DNA of 64,000 nt, from the NCBI GenBank assembly GCA_002269645.1, contig NIVC01000714.1, positions 62,001-126,000 of the forward strand, given 5' to 3'. A model generated the notes under the pieces. It was not told the DNA's origin, ran no database searches, and saw nothing but the letters and a program-made list of their open reading frames with translations. The DNA is from Macrostomum lignano. Its lineage: Eukaryota. This document shows positions 28,081-39,246 of this stretch, one piece after another; the first letter of the stretch is position 1; each line of letters starts with the position of its first letter. The translations under genes were made by a program, and so were the position numbers.

Positions 28081-28474
28081 ATTTATAGATTTATAATGAT
28101 GATGTCTACCTCGATGGGAATTCTCAGACGGGATTATCGCACAGAATTGCTCCCACAGAGAAGCTCCAGCGAAAGACTCACAGAGACTCGAAGCTTGGAG
28201 CAGCTTATATTTATATACAGGCATGAGAAAGTGGATTGGACTCAAAAAACATTATAATGCGTGCCACGTATAAACTTGAGAAGCTGTTATAAAGCATTTA
28301 TTTATTATTTTATTGCTCAATTTAGCAGTTACAAAATTTGTGTTATTTTCTGTCCTGCTCCATCACACGGCCAGCCCCCCCCATGACTCCAGCCGAGAGG
28401 AGAGGGCGGAGACGAGAGCCATAAAGTTCTGCTGCCGCGCATGTGGGGACACCGGGAGAGAAAAGGGGAACTGA

Positions 28475-28530
<56 letters not shown>

Positions 28531-28789
28531 CAAGAAAGCACGTTGGAAGTCAATTAAAGAAATTAAAAGACAGAGAGGATTTCTTATACACCGAAATCGA
28601 GCTCATGCATTTACAGTACTTACACACGTGTTATTTAGGGACTTTGGCCTCAAGCCAAATATGGACAGGGCAAGCACGATAGGTCTGAAACACTGTCATT
28701 TATAGTAACTAACCGCTTAATAGGGCTCTTTTTCCAGCCTCTAGCCATTGTTGTCAGCAATTTGACTAATTTATCTTAGCCCTGACTCT

Positions 28790-29150
28790 CAACTAACTTC
28801 ATCCTGACTCGCCAGATCAAGCTCAACTTTGATCTTATCAAATCTATATCTCACCCTAAATCTCAACCAATCTCACCCTGACTCTCAATCAATCTCACCC
28901 AGACTCTTGAACAATCTCACCCCTGACTCTCAACCAATCTCACCCTCGAATCTCAACCAATCTCACCCTGACTCTCAATCAATCTCACCCTGACTTTTAA
29001 CCAATCTCACCCTGACTCTTAACCAATCTCACTCTGACTCTCAACCAATCTCACCCTGACTCTCAACCAATCTCACCCTGACTCTCAACCAATCTCACCC
29101 TGACTCTCAATCAATCTCACCCTGACTCAAAACCTAATTTCACCCCTGAC
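28790..29150. repeat. 22-bp minisatellite TCTCAACCAATCTCACCCTGAC
   Basis: Seen directly. Confidence 0.88.
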
Positions 29151-29172
29151 AGAACCCAATCAATCAACTCAC

Positions 29173-29329
29173 CTATTAATAGGCTGTAGAGTGCCGCCAC
29201 CGCTGGAGCAATTAGCGGGTGGCAACTGCGATGGAAGCTGGACAGTCGGTGGCGACGACTCGGTTGGATGTCCACCGGCAGTCCGGCGAGAGCTGACTCC
29301 TTCGTCTGATCTTTCGTCAGTGGCCATCG
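29173..29329 (-). CDS. Su(H): Candidate alternative upstream exon C of Su(H)
   Basis: Acceptor cccgcctgcag|, donor AATAG|gtgagt. Enters in phase 1 and exits in phase 2, matching the phase-2 start of core exon 26616. Confidence 0.6.
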
Positions 29330-29549
29330 CTGCAGGCGGGAGATGAGGCATCAAATTTCAGTTTGACAGCTTCTTTGACAGATTATTTGTGAGCTACAAT
29401 ATACGCGAACCAGTACAGCTCGATGGTAAGGATAAATAGGAAAAGATTATGCAATGGGCAGTGAGCAGCTGACATGAAAGTTTGTGTACGATAATTTAAA
29501 TTGCAAATTCTCTGCTTATCTGCTTATAAACCTGCGTGTCTGATTTAAA

Positions 29550-29787
29550 TGTCTGTCTGTCTGTCCGTCTGTCTGCCCGCCTGTCCGCCAGTCAGCCTTC
29601 TTATCTGTCTGTCTGTCCATCTTTTTGCCTGCCTGCCTGCCTGCCTGCCTGTTTGCCTCTCTGTCTGTGTCCGTCTGTCTGTCTGTCTGTGTGTCTGTCT
29701 GTCTGTCTGTCTGTGTGTCTGTCTGTCTGTCTGTCTGTGTGTCTGTCTGTCTGTCTGTCTGTCTGTATGTATGTCTGCCTGTCTGCC

Positions 29788-29818
<31 letters not shown>

Positions 29819-29871
29819 ATGTCTGTCTGTCTGTCTGCCTGTCTGTCTGTCTGTCTGTCTGTCTGTCTGCC

Positions 29872-29918
<47 letters not shown>

Positions 29919-29931
29919 ATGTATGTCTGCC

Positions 29932-29970
<39 letters not shown>

Positions 29971-30023
29971 ATGTCTGTCTGTCTGTCTGCCTGTCTGTCT
30001 GTCTGTCTGTCTGTCTGTCTGCC

Positions 30024-30082
<59 letters not shown>

Positions 30083-30120
30083 ATGTATGTATGTCTGTCT
30101 GTCTGTCTGTCTGTCTTAGT
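29550..30120. repeat. (GTCT)n microsatellite
   Basis: Seen directly. Confidence 0.95.
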
Positions 30121-30150
30121 GTCTGTCTGCTAGTCTGCAGACAAATTTAC

Positions 30151-30364
30151 CTCCTACAAAGGATCCGTCTCTAGCATCAAGACGCTGAAGTGAGTCAGCA
30201 GACGACCTGAATTCTTTCAAAAAGCAGCTGCTGCAGTCCCCGTCAGTCGCTCGATGAGTCGGTGTGGAGTCAATTCGTTCTAACAAGGCACTGTCGGCCT
30301 GATAATGACGCTGCTGCTGATGATGATGATGCAGCAAAAGAGGCTGGGCTAGTTCGCACTGCAT
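30151..30364 (-). CDS. Su(H): Candidate alternative upstream exon B of Su(H) (MQCELAQPLLLHHHHQQQ...), may start at acceptor 30402
   Basis: His/Gln-rich open frame with donor GGAG|gtaaat (phase 1), compatible with exon C. Confidence 0.45.
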
Positions 30365-30683
30365 CCCAAATCTGAGTCGAAATGCACTTGTAGAGAAGAT
30401 TTCTAGTTTTAGACTCGAGAAACTTATCTTAGTGCTCAATTTATCTCTGAATGCTCAATATTGAGTCATATATATATATATATATATGACTCAGAAAGCG
30501 ATGGGGTGGGGGAGCAGGGGAACCTGCTCCGCTCTGCAGTCTACTAGCTAAGGGGGAACTGAGCTTGAGCACACCCCACACGCTCACAGAGGGATGCTGG
30601 AGGACTGGAGGAGGAGAGGAGGTTGGGGACTGGGCTCGAGTTCCTCTCTCTCTACCCCTTCCCTTCTCCCTTCTTATTCTTCG

Positions 30684-30691
30684 CGTGGGAA
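30684..30691 (+). promoter_or_regulatory. Canonical CSL/Su(H) binding site CGTGGGAA
   Basis: Exact match to the high-affinity CSL consensus, in the putative Su(H) 5' intronic region. Confidence 0.45.
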
Positions 30692-31609
30692 AATCGCCCC
30701 TAGAAGAACAGGTGACGCACGAAAAAGCAGGGCGCAGCTTTGAGTTAGACAGAACAGGTAAAGCAGCGCACGTGGCCACCAACCAACTGCCGTCACCCCA
30801 GCCACCACTTGACCAAGGAGATCCTTAAAACTTAGACAACTGGAGTGGAAACTCTTCTTGCCCAAAGCCTCGGCATTTTAAAGACAGTCGTAAGACAGAC
30901 CTAAATTCCACAAGACCTAAAGTTCACAAGACCTAAATTCCACAAAAACTTAAAGTTCACAAAGTATAATATTTGCAACCCTTAAATTTTAGGCGATACG
31001 AAATTAAAGGTCTTGTGAAAGCGCCACAAAAAAACTGAGTTTAGATTTAATTTGATTTCTAAATTCCCAAGTCATCGGTTTTCTAAGCCAAATTATTATC
31101 GAATATTATTTTGTAATGCCATGGTTTAAAGACGGTTAAGAGACTTTAGCTTCTTTAGAGTAACAAAGTGATACACAACAGTCGGAAATTGTCGGAAACA
31201 ACCTTTTTAGAAAGGTTTAGTCAATTGTGTAACTCCAGGTTGTTAGTTGACGATGTCCATGATCAAAACCCAACATCCTCTTATCATAGCGTCACATGGT
31301 GTGGCTTGCCCCCCCCCCTGCGCAGCTGGCAAAGTTCCCTATGATTGAGGCATGACCGAATGCTTCTCAATGCAATTCTCGCTTTAATATGATGTATGCA
31401 ATGAACTCGCGCTGTTTTGCCGACTTCAATATCGCTTCTTTCTTTTAAGTTTATAGATTTCTCTCTCTCTCTCTCCCTCCCCTCGCATTATAAACTTTAT
31501 TCGAACTCTAAAAACCCTAAGTACTTCCTCATCCAGTTAACAATAAAAATAATAGAATAATTAATACTAACAATAGTGTAGCCAGCCTCACAACACACTC
31601 TCTCCATTC

Positions 31610-31631
31610 CGTGGGAAAATAAGCGTGTGAA
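31610..31631 (+). promoter_or_regulatory. Pair of CSL sites, CGTGGGAA and CGTGTGAA (direct orientation, 6-nt gap)
   Basis: Both match YGTGDGAA and lie about 150 nt from the ATGGGAA minisatellite. Confidence 0.5.
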
Positions 31632-31776
31632 ATTCTCAGTCAGTTATTATGTTATGTTAGTTATAATATAAGCTTGATTAAACTGCGTTGCCACGGCAAC
31701 GGACCCCGGCTCTACGCAGACTTATGCAGCGGAGACTCACTGGAGATTGTCTTGAGAGAAAAAGGAGACCCGCTGG

Positions 31777-32830
31777 AGAATTCCCCAGATGGGAAATAGA
31801 AGAATTCCCCAGATGGGAAATGGTAGAATTCCCCAGATGGAAAATAGTAGAATTCCCCAGATGGGAAATAGAAGAATTCCCCAGATGGGAAATGGTAGAA
31901 TTCCCCAGATGGAAAATAGTAGAATTCCCCAGATGGTAAATAGAAGAATCCCCCATAATGCGAAATAGAAGAATTCCCCACCCAGATGGGAAACAAAGGA
32001 ATTCCTCATAGATGGAAAATAGAATAACCCCCCACAGATGGGAAATAGAAGAATTCCCCAGATGGGAAATAGAAGAACTCCCCACCAGATGGGAAATAGA
32101 AGAATTCCACCAGATGGGAAACAGAAGAATTCCCCAGATGGGAAATAGAAGAATTCCCCAGATGGGAAATAGAAGAATTCCACCAGATGGGAAATAGAAG
32201 AATTCCCCACCCAGATGGGAAACAAAGGAATTCCTCATAGATGGAAAATAGAATAACCCCCCACAGATGGGAAATAGAAGAATTCCCCAGATGGGAAATA
32301 GAAGAATTCCACCAGATGGGAAATAGAAGAATTCCCCACCAGATGGGAAATAGAAGAATTCCCCAGATGGGAAATAGAAGAACTCCCCACCAGATGGGAA
32401 ATAGAAGAATTCCACCAGATGGGAAATAGAAGAATTCCCCAGATGGGAAATAGAAGAATTCCCCAGATGGGAAATAGAAGAATTCCACCAGATGGGAAAT
32501 AGAAGAATTCCCCACCAGATGGGAAACAGAAGAATTCCCCAGATAGGAAATAGAAGAATTCCCCACCAGATGGGAAACAGAAGAATTCCCCAGATAGGAA
32601 ATAGAAGAATTCCCCAGATGGAAAATAGAAGAATTCCCCACCAGATAGGAAATAGAAGAATTCCCCAGATGGAAAATAGAAGAATTCCCCACCAGATAGG
32701 AAATAGAAGAATTCCCCAGATGGAAAATAGAAGAATTCCCCACCAGATAGGAAATAGAAGAATTCCCCAGATGGAAAATAGAAGAATTCCCCACCAGATA
32801 GGAAATAGAAGAATTCCCCAGATGGAAAAC
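31777..32830. repeat. 24-28-bp minisatellite GAATTCCCC(ACC)AGATGGGAAATAGAA
   Basis: About 40 units, of which about 25 retain ATGGGAA by hand count. Confidence 0.93.
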
Positions 32831-32895
32831 AGATACCGGCTAAAGAACAACATAGTGGAAGCGGACACCCCCTGAAAGGCATTCGGGAACCTCAC

Positions 32896-33360
32896 CGTTG
32901 TCCCGGCCGAATGCGGTTGACCCGCCAGCTGGCCAAGCAGCCCTGGCCGAGGCTGCGCCGCTAAAATCCACCGGCTCAACCTTAGAAGCTCGGGTGGCAT
33001 GCTGGTGCTGCCTTTTCAACGACTGCTGCTGATGATAAGCGTGCCTGGCACTACTGCTAGTAGTATTAGTAGGCGAGACTGAAGCAGCCGCAGCCGCGGC
33101 GGCCGCAGCAGCCGCTGCATAATTCAACTGATAATAACCGGCTGTCGCTGTTGCGGGCATCTCGCCAGCGGTGGGTGGACCTCCAGCTGCTGTAGCCGCA
33201 GCCGCAGCCGCCGCGGCGGCGGCCCGGGAAGCGGCTGCAGCTGCGGTAGCGGCCGAGAACATGGCTAGAGGAGACAGCGGCTGCTGACTAAACGGCGGCA
33301 GTGGGTACTGCTGCTCACTGCCGCCGCCACCGCTGCTGCCAAGGTGATGACTGTACGAAT
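32896..33360 (-). CDS. Su(H): Candidate upstream exon A of Su(H) (poly-Ala, low complexity)
   Basis: Frame open from acceptor cccctag| (33360) through ATG 33262 to donor AACG|gtgagg (phase 1), compatible with exon C. Contains poly-Ala and KVEPVD. Assignment to Su(H) is an inference. Confidence 0.55.
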
Positions 33361-33509
33361 CTAGGGGCGAATTGGTGCCGAACTGAAATCATGCGGGGGG
33401 TCGATAGATTGTGTAACAAGTATTAAATAGTTGAGTAGAAAGTAGGCTTGAACTAAGCAAGGCAGGCAGAATTCTAGACAAATAGGACTTAGGAGTTCAA
33501 ATTTGTTAG

Positions 33510-33840
33510 ATGAGATTTGCCGGATGGGATTTGGGACATGCTGGATGAGATTGGGGATTTTTTCGGATGGGATTTAGGATTTGGGAGTTTAGATTTGTTT
33601 GATGGAATTTGGGATTCTTCTGGTGGGATTTGGAATTCGTCTTATGGGATTTAAGCTTTTTATGTTCAGATTTGCCAAATGGGATTTAAGATTTGGGAGT
33701 TTAGCTTTGCCAGATGGGATTTAAGATTTGGGAGTTTAGCTTTGCCAGATGGGATTTAAGATTTGGGAGTTTAGCTCTGCCAGATGGGACTTAAGATTTG
33801 GGAGTTTAGATTTGTTCCATGGATTTAGGATTTGGAAGTT
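33510..33840. repeat. Degenerate about 35-bp repeat GGGATTTAAGATTTGGGAGTTTAGCTTTGCCAGAT
   Basis: 3-4 good copies plus a decayed flank. Confidence 0.75.
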
Positions 33841-34774
33841 GATATTTTAGAACGGTTTACGATTAAGATCTACATGGGTAGTAAGATGTGTTTTTACTAC
33901 GTATCTAAAATAAATACCCACACAGTGTACCCAATTTTCGGGTAGTAAAATTTAACGTGGGATATTAAGACTTCAGGCGTCAGGCAATACCGATGGGATC
34001 AAAAGCTTCATGCAGCCTGAATCCCAAAGCGGCTTACCGGAAACAGAAACGGCAAAGCCAGCGGATGCGCGGTGTTGAGCAAATTGAATGACATTACTGG
34101 CGGAAGAACAAACAGACACAAACAAAAAAATACAGCGGGCCCAACAACGGCAGAGAAATTATGACTGAATTTGGATTCCGACTTTCGGCTGAAGGAAGCC
34201 ACCCGCTGGGTTTGATGAAGTATTCGAAAAACAACCCCACTGCACGCGATTAGGGGATGGCACAAGGGAAAAGAATCCTGGCGAATGGGAAGAAGACAAC
34301 ACCTCGCCGCTCGACGGGATAAAAATCTGGGAGATTTTCAAGTCCTGCGCCGGCACAGGTAATTGCAGGAATAGTGGCCAGGCTGACAAGCCCAGCGGTG
34401 AAAAGTAGTATCTAAGGAAATGGGAGAGGGAAGAGTTGACGACAACAAGGCAAAGTAGAGCCGCAAAGTAAGAAAAAGAAGAAGAATGAACACCCAGCGG
34501 GAGCCCCAGGCAGCGGGCGGTGCAGTGTGACATTTTCACAGACACGCGGCATGCAGGCCAGAAGGAAATTAAAGAAGCGAGGGCTTCGGCTCCTTGTTTT
34601 CTGCTTGCAGTCTTGTCTTTTTTAGGGCCCCCTTGGCCAAGGAGAACTTGAAACAGAACTTGAAAAGAGCGCCAACTCTGCCTCTAAAATTTATCTTTCA
34701 AACACGATGAGGCACTTAGCTTGCAGGCAGGCTACGGGTCGAGACAGTAGTGCCGCACCTTACTATGTGGCTTA

Positions 34775-35205
34775 GAGATGAGACCAAGCGGGATTTCACG
34801 GTCATTCAGTAAGCCCTAGAGTCCATTTCAATTATGAGATGAGACCAAGCGGGATCTCACGGTCGTTCAGTAAGCCACAAAGAGTCCATTTCAATTATGA
34901 GATGAGACCAAGCGGGATCTCAAGGTCGTTCAGTAAGCCACAAAGAGTCCATTTCAATTATGAGATGAGACCAAGCGGGATCTCAAGGTCGTTCAGTAAG
35001 CCACAAAGAGTCCATTTCAATTATGAGATGAGACCAAGCGGGATCTCAAGGTCGTTCAGTAAGCCACAAATAGTCCATTTCAATTATGAGATGAGACCAA
35101 GCGGGATCTCAAGATCGTTCAGTAAGCCACAAAGAGTCCATTTCAATTATGAGATGAGACCAAGCGGGATCTCAAGGTCGTTCAGTAAGCTACAAAGAGT
35201 CCATT
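34775..35205. repeat. 63-bp tandem repeat (about 7 copies)
   Basis: Unit GAGATGAGACCAAGCGGGATCTCAAGGTCGTTCAGTAAGCCACAAAGAGTCCATTTCAATTAT. Confidence 0.93.
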
Positions 35206-35869
35206 CGGCTTTCACGTTTTATAAAACTTTTGTTTGAAAACTCGAAGATTTGTGTGCCATTCCAGATTTTATTTTAATAGGTCGGTCTCCTTGAGCAGTC
35301 GCTGGTGCGCATAAAAAGTCAAGGGAAGGCTAAGGGAGGATGAGGCCGGCCCCATCAGACCCAGAAACAATGAGTAATGACGAAGTTGATAGCCAGTGAA
35401 AGCGAGCATTGCGATATATATAGGGCAAATTCCATTCCACCGAAAACAGAGCGAGGGAAAGGAAAATCTTGCCGCCAAAGAAAGAATCTTGGAAGATTCC
35501 CATCAGCCCCGAGGCCAACAGGACCACAGCATCCCCCCCCCCAGCCCCCCTATTAGCAAAGTGGGCAGCAAGCACGCATGGATGCAAACAGAATAGAGTG
35601 GCTTACGGGTGGAACTGGGGTGCAAATTGGGGCCCGTGCTGTGAGGCCGAAATTCTTTAAGAAAGTAAATTGAAAACCACCGCTAGTGGACCGACCGACC
35701 GTGGAGTATTAAAAATATATTATATAGATTGGATTGCAAAAGGCTGAACTGTGGATTGCAGTCATTATTATTTACTTACTCATCAAGGCCAAGGGGGCTT
35801 GGGTATTGGCCCTAATGGCACAACCCCCCCCCCACCAACCTTGGCCAAATTGCACACGCTTTACCATTA

Positions 35870-36111
35870 AATAATAGTTATAACAATTGATTACACCTGT
35901 CCCAATGGCCGGATGTGCAACCGACATCTCAGCCGGCTTTTGCGCGGCGCATCTGAAGGCTGCGTACGGCTGCTCAGTCCAAGGACTGCAGAGTGCAGCA
36001 ATGCAGAGTTAAGTGTCTTGCTCAAGGACACAAATTGTTCCGAGTGGGTCTAGAATCGAACCCCGACCTTCAAGTCATGAGTCCGACGCTCTGACCACTA
36101 GGCTACAACCC
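35870..36111 (-). mobile_element. tRNA-derived SINE (tRNA-like head 36111-36045; 3' end uncertain)
   Basis: Minus strand GGGTTGTAGCCTAGTGGTCAGAGCGTCGGACTCATGACTTGAAGGTCGGGGTTCGATTCTAGACCC has A and B boxes and a CAT anticodon-like loop but imperfect stems. It is followed by GTGTCCTTGAGCAAGACACTTAAC, a segment typical of tRNA-SINEs in aquatic animals. Confidence 0.7.
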
Positions 36112-36736
36112 ACTAAGCTACGGCCCCTTTCTTTACAATTAAAAAATGAAAGCACCAAATAAATCGAGTTTAGTTTCCCAACTCCAGAGTTTTAGAATTG
36201 GGATTCCGTGTTGATTCTGCAGAGGAAACAGGAGGCGGTCACCGTCGAGGCTGCGCCGAGGGTCTTCTGTCATCGTCGTTAATTTTTTGAAGCAAGAAAC
36301 GAAAGCCAGACCTCCGAAGGCTTTACCCTGATAGGGAGATATATGAGGATCCCCCGTCCCAACAACAATTTCCCAAATCCCTAAAAAGGGAGTGTCGAAA
36401 TGGCGGGTGAGGTTGTAATCCGGTCGCCACCAGAGTGCCGCCATTGGGTCATTTATCACCGCGGTCGCTGGATAGCCAACCCCATCCGCCTCCACCCCTT
36501 CCCGAGCTGCCTTATGGACTACTAAAACTAGCTACCTGGACCTGGAAGCCATTGGAATTTTTGCCTCGGTCGGTGACTTTACAATAAGTCTGAGTGACCT
36601 TTAAACAGAAAAAACGGAATGAAAGCAGAAACTTGAATACCATATTTTTCTTGTCTACTATTTGCAAAGTCGTGTTTGATTTTTTGTTTTAAAAACAAAA
36701 ATTAATTTGATCTTCATATACCCACGAAACTTCAGT

Positions 36737-37701
36737 TACTTCACAATCCCAAAAATTCACAATTCCTAAAATTCACAATCTCCAAGTTTAACAACCCCTA
36801 AGCTTCACAATCCCAAAGCTTCACAATCCACAACTTCAAAATCCCCAAAGATTCATAATCCCCAACCGTCACAATCCCCAGCTTCACAATTCCCAGGCTT
36901 AAAATCTTAAAATCTTCACAATCCCCAAGCTTCACAATTCCCAAGCTTAAAATCTCCAAAGCTTCACAATCCCCAAGCTTTAAAGTCCCCAAACTTTACA
37001 ACCTCAAAGCTTCATAATCCCCAACCGTCACAATCTCCAAGCTTCCAAGTCCCTTAAACTTTACAACCTCAAAGCTTCACAATCCCCAAACTTCACCCCC
37101 CAAGCTTTACAACCTTAAAGCTTCACAATCCCCAAACTTCACAATCCCCAAAGCTTCACAATCTGCAAACTTTACAACCTCAAAGCTTCATAATCCCCAA
37201 CCGTCACAATCCCCAAGCTTCACAATCCGCAAACTTTATAACCTCAAAGCTTCACAATCCCCAAGCTTTAAAGTCCCCAAACTTTACAACCTCAAAGCTT
37301 CATAATCCCCAACCGTCACAATCCCCAAGCTTCCAAGTCCCTTAAACTTTACAACCTCAAAGCTTTACAATCCCCAAAGCTTCACAATCCCCAAAGCTTC
37401 ACAATCCCCAAAGCTTCACACTCCCCAAGCTTCACAATCTGCAAACTTTACAACCTCAAAGCTTCATAATCCCCAACCGTCACAATCCCCAAGCTTCACA
37501 ATCCGCAAACTTTACAACCTCAAAGCTTCACAATCCCCAAGCTTCACAATCTGCAAACTTTACAACCTCAAAGCTTCATAATCCCCAAGCTTCACAATCT
37601 GCAAACTTTACAACCTCAAAGCTTCATAATCCCCAACCGTCACAATCCCCAAGCTTCACAATCCGCAAACTTTACAACCTCAAAGCTTCACAATCCCCAA
37701 G
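36737..37701 (+). repeat. About 16-bp array (AAGCTTCACAATCCCC)n, left arm of an inverted pair
   Basis: Reverse complement of the 39247-40565 array. Confidence 0.9.
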
Positions 37702-39246
37702 CATCTCTATTTGCGTGTCAGTGTGTCGCGAATTTCTAAACTTGCGAAATCGTTCTGCATGCTATTTTTAGAACTCTCAGAACTTATGGTGTTCAAACAA
37801 TTGCCTTTACCCCACCTCTCTATCAATCCCTTGATTCTTCCCAAGCCGCCGCTTGCCTTTAAATGTCGCGCATTGTGCCCCAGTGTGTTATTGTCTTGGG
37901 TGTTGAGCAAAAAATGGTCAATTGTCTAAGCATGACTGCAGCCAAATCCAGAGCTTTTGTCCTCATTTGTCTTCTATGGACTTGAAGTTTATTTAGGCTG
38001 TTCAAAAATTTGATTCTTTCTTCTACTAAGGATCACAGATTCTATAAACACTAGATGGCTCACTCAGCGAAAAATCTTGCTCCCAAACAGACCGTCTATG
38101 GTTGGAATCGCTATTTTTAGCCCTAGTGTTAAACGCAGGCTTTTAATGTGTTTTATACTCTTTCTACTTTGTTCTATTCTTATAGCTATGGGAAGTGAAA
38201 GCGAGGCATTTACCTCAAAATTGCCGAACTTTTTGCCATAACGTTTGATAGAAAAATCGAAGATGTCTTAAATTTCACACTGTCCTTCGTTTAGATAAAA
38301 GCAACATACTGTGAAAAGCTGACGTCAATAGGACCTGCTTGTCACACGTTATACCACAATTATCGGCACTTTAAAACAAAGGCATATCGTAAAAAGTCTC
38401 TTAAAGTGCCGATAATTGTCGCATAAATTCTGATTGGAAAATCCTACTGTCTTCAGATTTTCATAACCTGGTGCCATCATTTGTGGAGGTGGCTGGGTAA
38501 AACTTTTGCAGCCTGCAGCACAGCAGATTTTTGAGTTCATTACCAGAAGCTTGTTGGTCTTCGCCTTCGGTGTTCAGTGTCAAATATATAATTCTATCTA
38601 GTTGTTGCAGGAGAAAGAACTGGGTGTGCTAGAATCAGTGAGAGAAAAGTTTTTTTGCTGGCTCTACGCTAGTTATAAGCTGCTGGCGCGGGGGGCGAAG
38701 TCTCGCGAGCGAGGGATTCCAACCATAGACAGTGAGAATTTGGCCTCCACTGAAGGAATGGAGAGTGAGCCATCTAGTGTTTATAGAATCTGTGCTAAGG
38801 ATTAAATTACTTGCTTATCATAGATCTTATGTTCTATGGGGATTATTCAAGGTAAGAGAAAGTTCTTAGAAGACAGACACTGCCTGTTTTTTAATTAAAA
38901 CATTTCACAAGCATTGTGGAATTGCATTGCAGCAGTTCCCGTATGAACTGTTTTTTGTTTTATACAGTCAGGCTGTTTCCACAGTTTGAAAATTTCACCA
39001 TGGCATAAATTATCGCTGCTGTGTCATCGCTCTGGTATTTCCTGTTAGCTTTTGCTATTCCTAATTTTTGCCTTTCAATTCAAGATAGAGAGAAGAAGCT
39101 GCATGAATTTCGAAGAAGTCCAGTGAGGTAGTATTTCGATTTGGTCGATAAAATATTTACATGAGAGTTTTTCAACTTGCGGTACTTTTGTAGTTTTTAC
39201 GGCATTTTAAAGTTTCTGGATTGGGATGTTTAAGGGAGTATAAAAC

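Noticed and set aside
31678-33000. 440-aa hydrophobic ORF (WGILLFPI repeats) resembling a membrane protein
   Set aside because: It is a translation of the ATGGGAA minisatellite, running into an off-frame reading of exon A.
34775-35205. 63-bp repeat giving a 132-aa periodic ORF; considered as a CRISPR array or repeat protein
   Set aside because: There are no unique spacers, the context is eukaryotic with no cas genes, and the ORF is confined to the array.
36045-36111. Possible genuine tRNA-Met gene
   Set aside because: Acceptor and anticodon stems pair poorly, and it continues into a SINE-type body.
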